In this document: positions 10,923-21,386 of the stretch, piece by piece
Numbering within the stretch: position 1 is the first letter of the stretch
Layout: each line of letters begins with the position of its first letter
Assembly (NCBI GenBank): GCA_038127535.1
Contig: JAYPHU010000012.1
Coordinates: 26,507-90,506, forward strand
Reading direction: 5' to 3'
From: Rhodospirillaceae bacterium
GTDB taxonomy: Bacteria > Pseudomonadota > Alphaproteobacteria > Rhodospirillales > UBA2165
Length of the DNA stretch: 64,000 nucleotides
Notes under the pieces: model-generated
Seen by the model: only the letters and a program-made list of their open reading frames with translations
What the model was told of the DNA's origin: nothing
The model's database searches: none
Program-made: the position numbers and the translations under genes

Positions 10923-12203
10923 TTACTTCGGCGGGTTTTCCAGCAGATCGGCCAGAAGCCGGCGGCGTGCGCTGACGTAAAGCAACACGGCAATGAACAC
11001 GGCGGTTACCATCAACAGCGCATCCTGAAAACCCGCCAGGCTGGACAAAGCCCCCAGGATCATCGCGCCGGTCGGCAAGCCGCCCCGCATGACAATGCCC
11101 CATAGCCCCATGACCCGGCCCCGCATCTCGCCGCGAATAGCGGTCTGGATCAGCACCTGACCGTTGATGCTGGGATAGGTAATGGCGAATCCCATAGCGG
11201 CGGCGAGGCCCACGGCAATCCAGAAATCCTTGTTGTAGGCGAACCAAATCTGCAGCAGCACATCCACCGCCAGGAGCAAGATCATGATCTTGATCGCGCC
11301 TTTCACCTTGGAAAAATTCGCCACCGCCAAGGAGCCCAAAACGGCCCCAATGCCGGTCGCCGTCGTCAGGATCGTGAGCCCGTCCACACCCCTGTTAAAG
11401 ATATCCTCGGAAATGCCGGCGAACAGCTCCCGGAACGGCCGCATGCAGAGCGCCGCCATCAGCATCAAAAACAGATAGGTCTGGAGCCCTTCGGTGTCGG
11501 CGATATAGCTGAGCCCCCGGCGGAAATCGTCAAAGAAACTGCCGCCCCTGGACCGGTTCTCCAGCGTCTCGTCGTTCAATTTGATCAAGGACAAGGCAAT
11601 CAGATAGCTGAGGAAGGTGAGGGAATTAAAGGCGATGGCGTAGCCGTATTTGTCATTGGGCAGAATAAACGCAGCAAAGATCAGGGCGGCTACCATCGGC
11701 CCGATAAACTGCGCCAGATTAAACAGAGTCGCACTGATGCCGAGGGCCGCCGACAGGTCTTCGCGTGGCACCAGATTGGGCGCCATGCCGAGGCGTACCG
11801 GCGTCCAGAAGCCTTCAACCACGCCGCTCAGCATCATCAGGGCAATCAAAATCGGCAGAGTGATCTGATCGGTCAGGATCAGCACCGCCAGCATCCCGGC
11901 CACAATCATCGAGCCGATCTGAGTCAGTTTCGCCAGCCAAAGACGTTCCACCCTGTCCGCATAAGTGCCGGCCAAAGGCATCACGAAGACGGTCACCAAT
12001 CCTTCGGCAAACGCCACCGCGCCCAGCCAGGCATAGGACTCGGTCAGCGACCAGGTCAGGCCCTGCACGGCTACCCGCTGCACCCACAGCCCGATATTGG
12101 AAAACCAGCCGAAGATGGCATAGAGCGTGTAGTCCCGGTGCCGTAGCGCGCGGCCCATGCCATGGGTCGATAGGAAACCGATAAGAGAATTCATGCGGCT
12201 CAT
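10923..12203 (-). CDS. MFS transporter (EntS/MFS_3-like), downstream copy of a tandem pair
   Basis: 426-aa, 12-TM-like ORF. Its ATG overlaps the upstream paralog's stop in ATGA (12200-12203). Confidence 0.85.
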   Translation of the reverse strand: MSRMNSLIGFLSTHGMGRALRHRDYTLYAIFGWFSNIGLWVQRVAVQGLTWSLTESYAWLGAVAFAEGLVTVFVMPLAGTYADRVERLWLAKLTQIGSMIVAGMLAVLILTDQITLPILIALMMLSGVVEGFWTPVRLGMAPNLVPREDLSAALGISATLFNLAQFIGPMVAALIFAAFILPNDKYGYAIAFNSLTFLSYLIALSLIKLNDETLENRSRGGSFFDDFRRGLSYIADTEGLQTYLFLMLMAALCMRPFRELFAGISEDIFNRGVDGLTILTTATGIGAVLGSLAVANFSKVKGAIKIMILLLAVDVLLQIWFAYNKDFWIAVGLAAAMGFAITYPSINGQVLIQTAIRGEMRGRVMGLWGIVMRGGLPTGAMILGALSSLAGFQDALLMVTAVFIAVLLYVSARRRLLADLLENPPK

Positions 12204-13474
12204 GCGGCACGGGGATTAGGGTCCCCCTCCAAATCAGCGATCAAAGACTTCAAGCGCGGCAGAACGACGACAATCGCCGCCAGGCTGATGCACGCACCCA
12301 GCACGATCGGCAACTTCAGCCCGGTCCAAATGGACAAGGTTCCCATCAACAGCGCGCCGACCGCGGGGCAGGCCCGATAGGTCAACGCATAGATGCTCAT
12401 CACCCGGCCTCGGATGGATTCATCCACGGCGTTTTGGATCAATATCTGCGAGCCGTTAGCGGTGATGGCCATGGTCACGCCGGCAACCGCCGCGCTGACC
12501 AGACCAACCCAAAAGATGCCGGTGCCGGCGAAAACGAACAGGGACAGGCACGTGATGGTCAGGGTGATCAACGAAATTTTGGTCAGGCCTTGAGCCCGGC
12601 CATGGTTGGTCAGCCAGAACGCCCCGATGATGCCGCCTACGCCGATGGCGGACACCAGCATGCCCAGCCTCTCGGCATCCCCGGAGAAAATCTCTTCGGT
12701 GATGCCGGGCATCAGTTCCATAAACGCCCGGGAGAACGTGGCGGTCACCATGATCAGCAAAATCATCGGTCCGATGCTGGCGTGACCGGCGGCATAGCGG
12801 AGCCCCTCTAAGATCTCCGCCACCAACCCGGACCGGCGATGAGAGCGGGGCTCCGTCGTGTTCAATTCAATATAGCTCAGGCCGACGGACAGGATCGCCA
12901 TCAGGAAAACGGCGATGGTGAATGAGATCGAGACACCAAGCCTGGCGAGAACAATACCCGCCAGGGCGGGACCGGCGAACCGGGTGACGTTGTAGAGCGC
13001 GGAGTTCAACCCCACCGCCGAGGTCAGGTCTTCCCGCGGCACCAGATTGGGCGCGATGGTCATGCGCACCGGTAAGTGGAAGGCCTGAATGATGCCTTGG
13101 ACCGTCGCCAGGATTACTAGCCACCAAATATTGATCAAACCGGTATAGGTCAAAATGGCCAGCAGCGCCGACACGGCGACCATCATCAACTGCAGGAATT
13201 TCAGTAGCTTCAGCCGATCGACCCGGTCCACTAACGCGCCGGCCAAGGCTACCAGAACGAACAGCGGGGCAGACTCGGCGAAAGCGATCGCGCCGACCCA
13301 AAAAGCCAGCTCGGTAAGTTGATAGGCCAGATACCCGACGGTCAGACGCTGAAACCAGATACCCATCATGGACCCGAAATTGGTCAGGCAGAAAATCCGG
13401 TAATCCCGGTGGCGCAGACCCCGGCCGATGCCGGATTCCATGAAACGCTCCGAAAATGTCTGTTTTTGCGTCAT
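12200..13474 (-). CDS. MFS transporter (EntS/MFS_3-like), upstream copy of a tandem pair
   Basis: 424-aa ORF, clearly paralogous to 10923..12203. The two share LRHRDY, a VDR..RL.L motif and the MAPNLVPREDL / IAPNLVPREDL motif. Confidence 0.85.
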   Translation of the reverse strand: MTQKQTFSERFMESGIGRGLRHRDYRIFCLTNFGSMMGIWFQRLTVGYLAYQLTELAFWVGAIAFAESAPLFVLVALAGALVDRVDRLKLLKFLQLMMVAVSALLAILTYTGLINIWWLVILATVQGIIQAFHLPVRMTIAPNLVPREDLTSAVGLNSALYNVTRFAGPALAGIVLARLGVSISFTIAVFLMAILSVGLSYIELNTTEPRSHRRSGLVAEILEGLRYAAGHASIGPMILLIMVTATFSRAFMELMPGITEEIFSGDAERLGMLVSAIGVGGIIGAFWLTNHGRAQGLTKISLITLTITCLSLFVFAGTGIFWVGLVSAAVAGVTMAITANGSQILIQNAVDESIRGRVMSIYALTYRACPAVGALLMGTLSIWTGLKLPIVLGACISLAAIVVVLPRLKSLIADLEGDPNPRAA

Positions 13475-13750
13475 TGGTTACTGCCGCCACAATCCTGACA
13501 CGATCCCGCGATAGGGTCACATTACTGTAAATCTGTCCCTGCCCTGAGAGGCGGTGCAAGAGCGGCCGAGGCCAAGTCATTTTCCAATAGGGAAAGCGGC
13601 GAACCGCCAGTGCAAACGATAGCCCTCCGTTGGTATCCGAACAACATTATTGTGATCACCACCACAGACAAACCGTAGGATTTGATCCAGCATGCCCCGC
13701 ACTCTAATATCGTCCGCGGCCTGCCCATTACCCCCGTTGAGGAAACATTT

Positions 13751-16700
13751 GTGAAGAAGCTTTTGATCTCGATCGTTTTGGTTCTTGTGGCGTTGGCCGG
13801 CGCCGTGATTGCCGCCCCCAACTTCGTCGACTGGAACAAATACCGGGATGAGATTACTAGCCGGGTCAAGGACGCGACCGGCCAGGATATTGAGATACGC
13901 GGCGACATCAAAATTGCCATCCTCCCGTCGCCGGCTGTGGTGGTCGAGGATGTTCATGTGGCGAATGTAGAGGGGGCCTCGGACGCGGATATCGTGTCTC
14001 TCGGTTCTCTTGAGGTCCATGTCGCACTCGCGCCGCTGGTCAACAAGAACCTGCAGGTCATCCGCATCAAATTGGTGAAGCCGGTGGTCAATCTGGAAAT
14101 TTTCACCAAGGACCGGGCCAACTTTGACATTTTCACAAACCCGCCGGCTAAACCTGCGGCAGGCGGGGTGACGCCGCCGGCCAACCCCGCACCTTCAGGC
14201 AATACGTCCGCCACAGGTCTGCCCGCCGATGTGGGCGGCTTTGCGCTCAGGGTTGATAGTTTCGTCGTCGAAAACGGGTCCCTGAACTACCGGGACCGCA
14301 CGTCGGGCCAGGTTGAACAGGTCAAAAGCCTGAACGGCCGGTTCCGCATGGTCTCTTTGAACGGCCCCATGGATGCAGAAGGCAGCGTCGTGGTGCGCGG
14401 CATCCCCCTTAGTTTCTCCGCCGATATAGGCGAGATCGTGGAAAAGCGGACCCTGCCGTTCCGCCTTGCCGTCACGGTCATCCCCGGCGATGTCAAAACC
14501 CGATTTAACGGCGCGGTCAGCGGCATCGATAAACAGCCGCGGCTGAAGGGCCAACTGGCCATCGACGGGGCCAACTTACGGGAATTTGCCGCCGGCGTGG
14601 CCGATGGCGCAGCCCTGCCGGACATGCTGGCCAAACCGTTCAGCCTGCTGGCCAACGTCGCCGCCACGGAAAAACTGGCTGAGATGAGCGGGCTGGGTTT
14701 CGAGCTCAACGGCTCCAAGGGCACGGGCCGGGTCAGTTTGGAGATGGGTAAAACCATCGACCTGGATGTCGGCCTGACGCTCAACAAATTTGATCTGGAC
14801 CGGCTGCTCGCACCCGCCCCCGCCGCGCCCAAGACCGGCAAACAAGACGCCGCTGCGACGGCTACGGATCAGGGGCAGGCATCGTTGAGCCTGGGCGCCC
14901 GGCCGTCAGCGGTGAAACCCGCCTCAGGATCGACAGGTTTGGCGGCGCTGCCGGCCAATCTGAACGCCACCGTCAATCTCGGCATTGAGGCCCTGACCTA
15001 TAACCGGCAAGCCATCCGTCAGGCCAAGTTCAACGCGGACCTGTCGAACCGGGAACTGACGCTCAACCAGGTTTCGGCGCTCTTGCCCGGCAATTCGGAC
15101 GTGGCTTTGTTCGGCTTTGTCTCACAGGACGGCGATAAGGCGCAGTTCGACGGGTCGGTTGATTTCTCCACCAACGACCTGCGCTCACTCCTGGACTGGG
15201 CGGGCGTGAAGGTAGACGGCATTGCTCAGGATCATCTCCGCAAGCTTTCCATCGCGGCCAAAGTCTCCGGCAATCCGGACAGTGTCTCCCTCACCGAAAT
15301 TCAGACCCAGGCCGACAATACGAAACTGACTGGCGCGGCGACGGTCGCGCTCCGCGCCCGGCCATCCATCGGCGCCAACATCGCCATTGACCGGGTCAAT
15401 CTGGACGCTTATCTGCCGAAAGCCGCCGCCCCGGCAGCGGTATCAAGTTCGAAACCGTCCCCCTCGGCCTCCGGCGCACAGCCCGCCAAGCCGGCCGCTG
15501 CGGCTCCTGCCGCCAATCCGCTGGCCGTCCTCGGCGCTTTGGGCGGGGTCGACTTCAATCTCAAGGCCAAGCTGGGCAGCCTGACTTTCCAGGATCAGCG
15601 GGTCAGCGGCATTAGTGTCGATTCAATCCTGGTCAACGGCGACCTGACTTTCAAGGACTGCTCGGTCCGCAACTTCGCCGGGGTGAGCGCCAAGGTCAAA
15701 GGCGGCATCACCGGACTACGGTCTACCGGTGGCGCGCCCGATCCGGCCTTCAAGGATTTCAATGTTTCCCTCTTCGGCAAGTCTCTGGCGCGACTGTTCA
15801 AGATCAGTGGCATCACCCCGCCGGTGTCGCCGGCCAAACTGGGTCCGGTTTCGGTTTCCACCACCCTGAACGGAAAGCCCGCCGAGCTGCGTCTGGCCTC
15901 TTTGGTGAACGCCACCGGTGGACAGTTTTCCATGAACGGGACGGCGAGCGGGCTGACCGGACTGCCCACCTTCAACGGCCAAATTCGGCTCACCCACAAG
16001 GACTTCGACCGGGTACTGTCTCTGCTGAACGTAGTTTACCGTCCGGCCTCGGGCAAGTTCGGTCCGATCGATGTGGCCGGTAAAATTTCCGCCAATCCGG
16101 GCGGCGTCGCCATGACCAGCCTGGCCGGTGAAGCGGCCGGGGTGAAGTTCGCGGGCGACGCCGGCGTACAGTGGCTGGGTCCCCGTCCGGCCATCACCGC
16201 CGATCTGAAGACCGGCACCCTGAATATCAATAACCTGCTACCGAAGACCAATACGGCTAAACGATCAAGCGGAACCCGCGTCGCGGCATCCTCGAATTCA
16301 CGAAGCAGCCGCCGCGCCTCGGCTCCAAGGGAAGGTGGACGCTGGTCGACGGAGCCCATTGATCTCTCCGCGCTGATCACGTTTGACGCCAATGTGGGCC
16401 TCTCCTCGCCCAAGGTCATCTATGACAAGGCGAGCGTGGAAAACCTCATCCTGGCCGGCGTATTGAAGAACGGCATCCTGGATGTGCGCCGGCTTACCGG
16501 CAACATGTTAGGCGGCGACGTAAAAATGGACGCCAAGGTCATCGCCTCCCAAGGCAGCGGTCAGTATCAGACCCGGTTCTCCGTCTCCCGGCTGAGCGTA
16601 CCGGCGGCGCTCACCGTCTACGGCAACCGTTCCTTGAAATCCGGCACCATGGAGCTGGTGGGCGATTTCCGCACCAGCGGGCGCTCCGAAGCGGATATGA

Positions 16701-17359
16701 TCGCGGCGCTCAACGGCAACGGCTCCCTGGCCCTCACTAATATTGATGTTAGTTCCGGCGCCGCCAAAGGTTCCTCCTTCTCCGGCGTCACGGGTCTCTT
16801 GGGCTCCCTCTACGGATTTGCCAGGAAGCTCGGCGGCAAGACCGGCCGGGATGTGGCTGATCTTCGCGGCAATTTCCGGATGGACAAGGGCATCGCCAGC
16901 TTCGACGATTTGACCCTGGTCTCCGGCATCGGCAACGGCTCCGCCAAGGGCGTCGTCGATCTGGCCAATTGGCAAACCAACACCTCGGGCCAGCTTCAGC
17001 TCTCTGACAATCTGGTACTCCAATTGCTGACGAAGTCGTCGGGCCCCCGGCTGATCCCGTTCCAGGTCTCGGGCCGCATGGATGCCCCGAACGTCAAACT
17101 GGACACCAGCGCGTTCACCAGCGGCATCCGGGTGCCGGGTGTGCTGGACAAGAAGATCGAGAAGCTCAAACAGAAGAAAGGCGTGGGCCAGGTTCTGAAC
17201 AAGATTTTCCCCGGCGCTCAACCCGCACCGGCGGCCACCCAAAGCGGTTCCTCAACCGGCGCGCCGCCACCTCAGCAACCGCCACAACAAGAACCGACCC
17301 AGCAAAAGATCAAGCCGGAAGATGTTCTGAAAGGAATACTCCGGGGGCTTACTCGCTGA
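13751..17359 (+). CDS. AsmA family envelope-biogenesis protein
   Basis: ORF 13682..17359. Preferred start is GTG 13751 (VKKLLISIVLVLVALAGAVIAAPNFVDWNKYRDEI), preceded by a GAGGAAACA SD. It has an N-terminal anchor followed by a long repetitive beta-rich body typical of AsmA/TamB-like proteins, and a Pro/Gln-rich C-terminus. Confidence 0.85.
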   Translation: MKKLLISIVLVLVALAGAVIAAPNFVDWNKYRDEITSRVKDATGQDIEIRGDIKIAILPSPAVVVEDVHVANVEGASDADIVSLGSLEVHVALAPLVNKNLQVIRIKLVKPVVNLEIFTKDRANFDIFTNPPAKPAAGGVTPPANPAPSGNTSATGLPADVGGFALRVDSFVVENGSLNYRDRTSGQVEQVKSLNGRFRMVSLNGPMDAEGSVVVRGIPLSFSADIGEIVEKRTLPFRLAVTVIPGDVKTRFNGAVSGIDKQPRLKGQLAIDGANLREFAAGVADGAALPDMLAKPFSLLANVAATEKLAEMSGLGFELNGSKGTGRVSLEMGKTIDLDVGLTLNKFDLDRLLAPAPAAPKTGKQDAAATATDQGQASLSLGARPSAVKPASGSTGLAALPANLNATVNLGIEALTYNRQAIRQAKFNADLSNRELTLNQVSALLPGNSDVALFGFVSQDGDKAQFDGSVDFSTNDLRSLLDWAGVKVDGIAQDHLRKLSIAAKVSGNPDSVSLTEIQTQADNTKLTGAATVALRARPSIGANIAIDRVNLDAYLPKAAAPAAVSSSKPSPSASGAQPAKPAAAAPAANPLAVLGALGGVDFNLKAKLGSLTFQDQRVSGISVDSILVNGDLTFKDCSVRNFAGVSAKVKGGITGLRSTGGAPDPAFKDFNVSLFGKSLARLFKISGITPPVSPAKLGPVSVSTTLNGKPAELRLASLVNATGGQFSMNGTASGLTGLPTFNGQIRLTHKDFDRVLSLLNVVYRPASGKFGPIDVAGKISANPGGVAMTSLAGEAAGVKFAGDAGVQWLGPRPAITADLKTGTLNINNLLPKTNTAKRSSGTRVAASSNSRSSRRASAPREGGRWSTEPIDLSALITFDANVGLSSPKVIYDKASVENLILAGVLKNGILDVRRLTGNMLGGDVKMDAKVIASQGSGQYQTRFSVSRLSVPAALTVYGNRSLKSGTMELVGDFRTSGRSEADMIAALNGNGSLALTNIDVSSGAAKGSSFSGVTGLLGSLYGFARKLGGKTGRDVADLRGNFRMDKGIASFDDLTLVSGIGNGSAKGVVDLANWQTNTSGQLQLSDNLVLQLLTKSSGPRLIPFQVSGRMDAPNVKLDTSAFTSGIRVPGVLDKKIEKLKQKKGVGQVLNKIFPGAQPAPAATQSGSSTGAPPPQQPPQQEPTQQKIKPEDVLKGILRGLTR

Positions 17360-18063
17360 CGTCTTGCCCCTGGGCCCATTTGGCGACCCGGTCGATCCAA
17401 AAAGCTTGCGGCGTATAAAAAAGCCCGTGGCCCTCACCGGTTTTCAAAACGATTTCCCGAAATTCGGTATGACTGGCCTGGGATATCGCCGCATCATAGG
17501 AACCGGAAATCTCGTCTTCGGCATCATACATGCTTAAAAAAAAACCGCCCCTGAATTTGTGGGCCAATCCGCTGAGCAACCCGCCGAAACCGCCGGCCGA
17601 ATTGTGGACCCACCCCGCAGCCGGCCAAATTGACGAAATTCACTTTGGGGTTCTGAATTTGGGATGAGGCAATCAGCGTCATCATGCCGCCCTTCGAATG
17701 CCCGCCCACGGTAATTTGAGTTGCGGGCACCCCGGCGCTGAAAAGCTGTTTGACGAGCTGAGCCACGCCCGCGGTATATGCCGGCGGACGCACTCGGTCC
17801 TCCCGCACTTCGCCGATGACTTACAGCCCCTTGGCTCGAAAGGCATCGAGAATTTCGTCAAATTCGTGGCGCTTTCCGTATTTAGGATGTTCCCTGCTCT
17901 GGCCGTGCATTTCCGGCCATCCCCCATGCAAATAAATCAGATAGCGTTTCGCCGGATCAATTTTGGCGGGCAATTGACCCTGGGCGGAAACAGGCGCCGA
18001 TCCGGACAGGATCCAAGCGACGGCAAACAGGTTCAGCAAAACAACGCGTGTTAAAACATGCAT
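17349..18063 (-). pseudogene. Secreted alpha/beta hydrolase, disrupted by one in-frame TAA and one frameshift
   Basis: Three ORF fragments: 17821..18063, 17524..17808 and 17349..17579. The first two share a frame and are separated only by TAA 17821-17823 (..AFRAKGL*VIGEVRED..). It has a signal peptide and the nucleophile elbow GGHSKGG. The frame switches around 17600-17640 and continues ..SAGGFGGLLSGLAHKFRG... Confidence 0.7.
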
Positions 18064-18075
18064 GTTCTCCTCCTC

Positions 18076-18309
18076 CTATTTTAAAGGTGGGGACTCTTTA
18101 AGCGCGGTCAAGACGTAAACCCGTAAGGCGCTCGACAGATTGCCGGAGCGGGCGTCATCGATCTCCGCCACCAGCTTGCCCAGGGAAAGTCCACGCCGGG
18201 CGGCGATCAGCTTTAACTCGCGCCAAAACGCGTCTTCCAGGGAAACGCTGGTCCGGTGACCGGAAATCAAAACCGAATGCTTTCGGATCGTGCTGGGATC
18301 ATCCGCCAT
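18076..18309 (-). CDS. Ribbon-helix-helix domain protein (RHH_4-like)
   Basis: 77-aa ORF. RKHSVLISGHRTSVSLEDAFWRELKLIAARRGLSLGKLVAEID resembles the small RHH proteins common in Alphaproteobacteria. Confidence 0.75.
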   Translation of the reverse strand: MADDPSTIRKHSVLISGHRTSVSLEDAFWRELKLIAARRGLSLGKLVAEIDDARSGNLSSALRVYVLTALKESPPLK

Positions 18310-18328
18310 CGGACACGCGTCGTCGGCC

Positions 18329-19387
18329 TTACGTCAGCCGCCAGGCGGTCAGCGCGCCGACAAGCGCGCCGTTGAGCAGGCAGGCGACACCAAACAGGTA
18401 CAGCCCCCGGCCGACATCCCGGGGCGTCGCCATGGCGGTGCCGTCGCCGATCCAGGATTCATGGACGTTTTCCTGGGCAAACCTTCGCGGCCCGGCCAAG
18501 GTCAGGCCCAAGGCCCCGGCCATCGCCGCCAACGGCCAGCCGATATTGCGGGACCGGTGCTTGCCCGCATCCCGGAACATGATCACCAGTGATTTTGCCG
18601 GGCTGACCGTGGGCACAAACAATGACGCGACCAACACGAACAGGCCGGACAGCAGCGCCGGTACAAATAGCAAAATATCGTTAAGCCGCGCCGCGGTGAA
18701 TCCGAACGCCCGGTACTTCACCGTCTTTCGGCCGATCCGGCTATCGAGAATGGAATTCGCCTTGAAAATCAAAAGGCCGGGAAAGCCGAAGAGCACATAC
18801 CAGAACACCGGGCCCAACACGCCGGCGGCCAGAGTCTCCGCGCAGGCTTCGATCCCGGTACGCGCCACATTGTGGGCGTCCATTTTTTCCACCGACTCGC
18901 TGGTCAGCGGCGCCAGGGATTGCCGCGCTGTTTCCACCCCGTCGTCCCGGAGCGCCTTACCGATCTTCCTGACCTGGGCGTAGGTGCCCCGCTGGTCGAT
19001 CAACATCATGATCAACAGCGCTTCGAAGGCCCAGAACATGGGGATCGTCTGAGACAGAAACGCCACCGTCCAGCCGAATACCACGCAGACCAGCACTAGC
19101 AGGAGAGTAAAAACCGCACCGCGCACCGCCCGGTCGGTCTGTGACCGGGTTTCCCGGTTCAGTTTGCGATCGCACCAGTCGGCGTAAGCAGTCAGCAGCC
19201 GCATCGGATGCACGCTCAAGTCCTTCAGCGCGTTCCATTGACCCGCATAGGCCTCGACCACCATCGCCAGCAACAGCAAAATCAGCGGATCGAAGCCGCC
19301 CGGCCGGTCCATAATGCCGAACAGTCCCATGGCGGCAGAATGAGCGGGATACGGCCCGCCGTCAATCTTCTGGCTGGTCTTGATCAC
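18329..19387 (-). CDS. cobD: CobD/CbiB family adenosylcobinamide-phosphate synthase
   Basis: 352-aa membrane ORF with CobD-like architecture. The start is ambiguous; an alternative ATG lies at 19330 (MGLFGIM..). Confidence 0.85.
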   Translation of the reverse strand: MIKTSQKIDGGPYPAHSAAMGLFGIMDRPGGFDPLILLLLAMVVEAYAGQWNALKDLSVHPMRLLTAYADWCDRKLNRETRSQTDRAVRGAVFTLLLVLVCVVFGWTVAFLSQTIPMFWAFEALLIMMLIDQRGTYAQVRKIGKALRDDGVETARQSLAPLTSESVEKMDAHNVARTGIEACAETLAAGVLGPVFWYVLFGFPGLLIFKANSILDSRIGRKTVKYRAFGFTAARLNDILLFVPALLSGLFVLVASLFVPTVSPAKSLVIMFRDAGKHRSRNIGWPLAAMAGALGLTLAGPRRFAQENVHESWIGDGTAMATPRDVGRGLYLFGVACLLNGALVGALTAWRLT

Positions 19388-19435
19388 CCCGGCAGAGCAA
19401 CGTAAGAGTGGGCGCGATTGGAGAGACGTTTCATC

Positions 19436-20083
19436 ATGCCGATCCGCAAAGCTATTCTCGTTCTAGGGCTGGTGATCCTGTTGGTCGCCGGCGGCCTGTC
19501 GACCGTGTTGTGGCTCGGCGGCGGTAATATGGCCGGCAACGATCAGATCATGGTGGTCAACAAGGGCAGCCGGCCGAACGAGAATGCTTCCTCTGCGCCG
19601 CCCGTGGGCGGGCCCTTCAATCTGATCAATGGCGACGGAAAGCTTGTATCCAACGAGGACTTCGCCGGTCAAAACATGCTGATCTTCTTCGGCTTTACCC
19701 ATTGTCCGGACGTCTGCCCGCAAACCCTGTCCACATTGACCCGCGCGTTGGAGCTAATCGGCGATGATATCGACAAAGTGCAGCCGGTCTTCGTCACGGT
19801 CGATCCGTTGCGCGACACGCCGGACGTGGTGAAAGCCTATGTAGCCGATTTTCATCCCAAGCTGATCGGGCTGACCGGCACTTCCCGGCAAGTGAGCGCC
19901 GCCATGCGCGCCTACCGAATCTATGCCGCGAAAATGGGCGATGAGCTTCACATCAAATCCGATTACCAGGTGGACCACACATCCATCACCTACCTGATGG
20001 GACCCGACGGGGCGTTCAAGACCTTCTTTTCCTTGGGCGATTCCCCGGACTCCATCGCCACGAAGCTTCGTTTAAATCTTTAA
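19436..20083 (+). CDS. SCO1/SenC family copper chaperone / thiol-disulfide oxidoreductase
   Basis: Carries the FGFTHCPDVCP motif and an N-terminal membrane anchor. ORF 19418..20083 trimmed to ATG 19436. Confidence 0.9.
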   Translation: MPIRKAILVLGLVILLVAGGLSTVLWLGGGNMAGNDQIMVVNKGSRPNENASSAPPVGGPFNLINGDGKLVSNEDFAGQNMLIFFGFTHCPDVCPQTLSTLTRALELIGDDIDKVQPVFVTVDPLRDTPDVVKAYVADFHPKLIGLTGTSRQVSAAMRAYRIYAAKMGDELHIKSDYQVDHTSITYLMGPDGAFKTFFSLGDSPDSIATKLRLNL

Positions 20084-20120
20084 CTGGGCAAGTCCCGACC
20101 GGCCGGTGTAAACAGGACCC

Positions 20121-20627
20121 ATGTCTTCGGGCCCCTCACAACCGTCTGCCGCCAGCGATGCGGACGACGTTCCTTTCTGGAAACGGAAGTCCCTTAAGGA
20201 CATGTCCCTGGACGAGTGGGAATCCCTTTGCGACGGCTGCGCGCGCTGCTGCCTGCACAAGCTGGAAGAAGAAGACACCGGCGAGGTCTATTACACCGAG
20301 GTGGCGTGTTCGCTCCTGGATATCGGAAGCTGTCACTGCAAGGATTATGTAAACCGCACGCTGCTGATCAGCGATTGCGTGGAACTGACGGCCACCAATC
20401 TCAGCGGGCTCAAATGGCTGCCGCCCAGTTGCGCTTACCGGCTGCTCTACGAGGGCAAGGATTTGTACTGGTGGCATCCGCTGGTTTCCGGCGATCCTGA
20501 CACCGTGCATCAGGCCGGTATATCCGTGCGCGGGCGCGCTATTGCGGAGGAAGACACAAACGATATCGAGGACCATATCGTCGACTGGCCCGACCAGATC
20601 CCGAACAGTCCGAAACCGGAGGAATGA
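20121..20627 (+). CDS. ycgN: YcgN family cysteine-cluster protein (UPF0260)
   Basis: The sequence [44 protein letters not shown] is the characteristic YcgN pattern. Confidence 0.85.
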   Translation: MSSGPSQPSAASDADDVPFWKRKSLKDMSLDEWESLCDGCARCCLHKLEEEDTGEVYYTEVACSLLDIGSCHCKDYVNRTLLISDCVELTATNLSGLKWLPPSCAYRLLYEGKDLYWWHPLVSGDPDTVHQAGISVRGRAIAEEDTNDIEDHIVDWPDQIPNSPKPEE

Positions 20628-20634
20628 ACGTCCG

Positions 20635-21336
20635 GTGACCGAACAGATCATACGGATGGATATCAAGGGCCGGGTCATCCCGGTCCGGCTGCGCCGCAAC
20701 AATAAGGCGCGGCGGATCATCCTGCGGGTGGATCAGGACATCGACGGCGCGGTGCTGACCCTGCCCCGCCGGGCGGCGGAAGCCGAAGCCCTCGCGCTAT
20801 TGAAAGCGCAGTCATCGTGGCTGCTCGACCGGCTCGACGGGATGCCGCCTCGGGTGCCGTTCGCCGACGGCGCCGTCATTCCCATTCTAGGCGACGGTCA
20901 TTTGATCCGGCACGTGCCCGATCTCCGCGGCGGCGTGATTCGCGAGGCTGGCGACATTAAAGTCTCCGGCCGGATCGAACATCTCCCCCGCCGGGTCCGG
21001 GATTGGGTGCGCAAGGAAGCGCGGGCCGCTATCGAGCCCGTCGCCGACGAATTTGCCCGCCGGCTTGATCTTAGGTTCGCGAAGATTTCCGTGCGCGACA
21101 CCAAGTCCCGCTGGGGAAGCTGCGCTGCGTCTGGCAACCTGTCCTTCAGCTGGCGGCTGATCATGGCGCCCCAACGGGTGCTGGACTATGTGGTGGCTCA
21201 TGAAGTGTCCCATCTGGCGCACATGAACCACGGCCCAGCCTTTTGGCGCACGGTAGCGAGCCTCGATGTGGAGACGGACCGGGCCCGCGAATGGCTCAAC
21301 CGGGAAAGCGCCCGGCTCCATCGGATCGGCTCTTAA
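20635..21336 (+). CDS. YgjP-like M48/DUF45 zinc metallohydrolase
   Basis: HEVSHLAHMNHGPAFW carries the HExxH motif. ORF 20542..21336 trimmed to GTG 20635; an alternative ATG lies at 20656. Confidence 0.8.
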   Translation: MTEQIIRMDIKGRVIPVRLRRNNKARRIILRVDQDIDGAVLTLPRRAAEAEALALLKAQSSWLLDRLDGMPPRVPFADGAVIPILGDGHLIRHVPDLRGGVIREAGDIKVSGRIEHLPRRVRDWVRKEARAAIEPVADEFARRLDLRFAKISVRDTKSRWGSCAASGNLSFSWRLIMAPQRVLDYVVAHEVSHLAHMNHGPAFWRTVASLDVETDRAREWLNRESARLHRIGS

Positions 21337-21386
21337 TCAGGTGGCGCAAGCTTCGGATAGCGCGCTCAATATGGGATGACTAAAGT

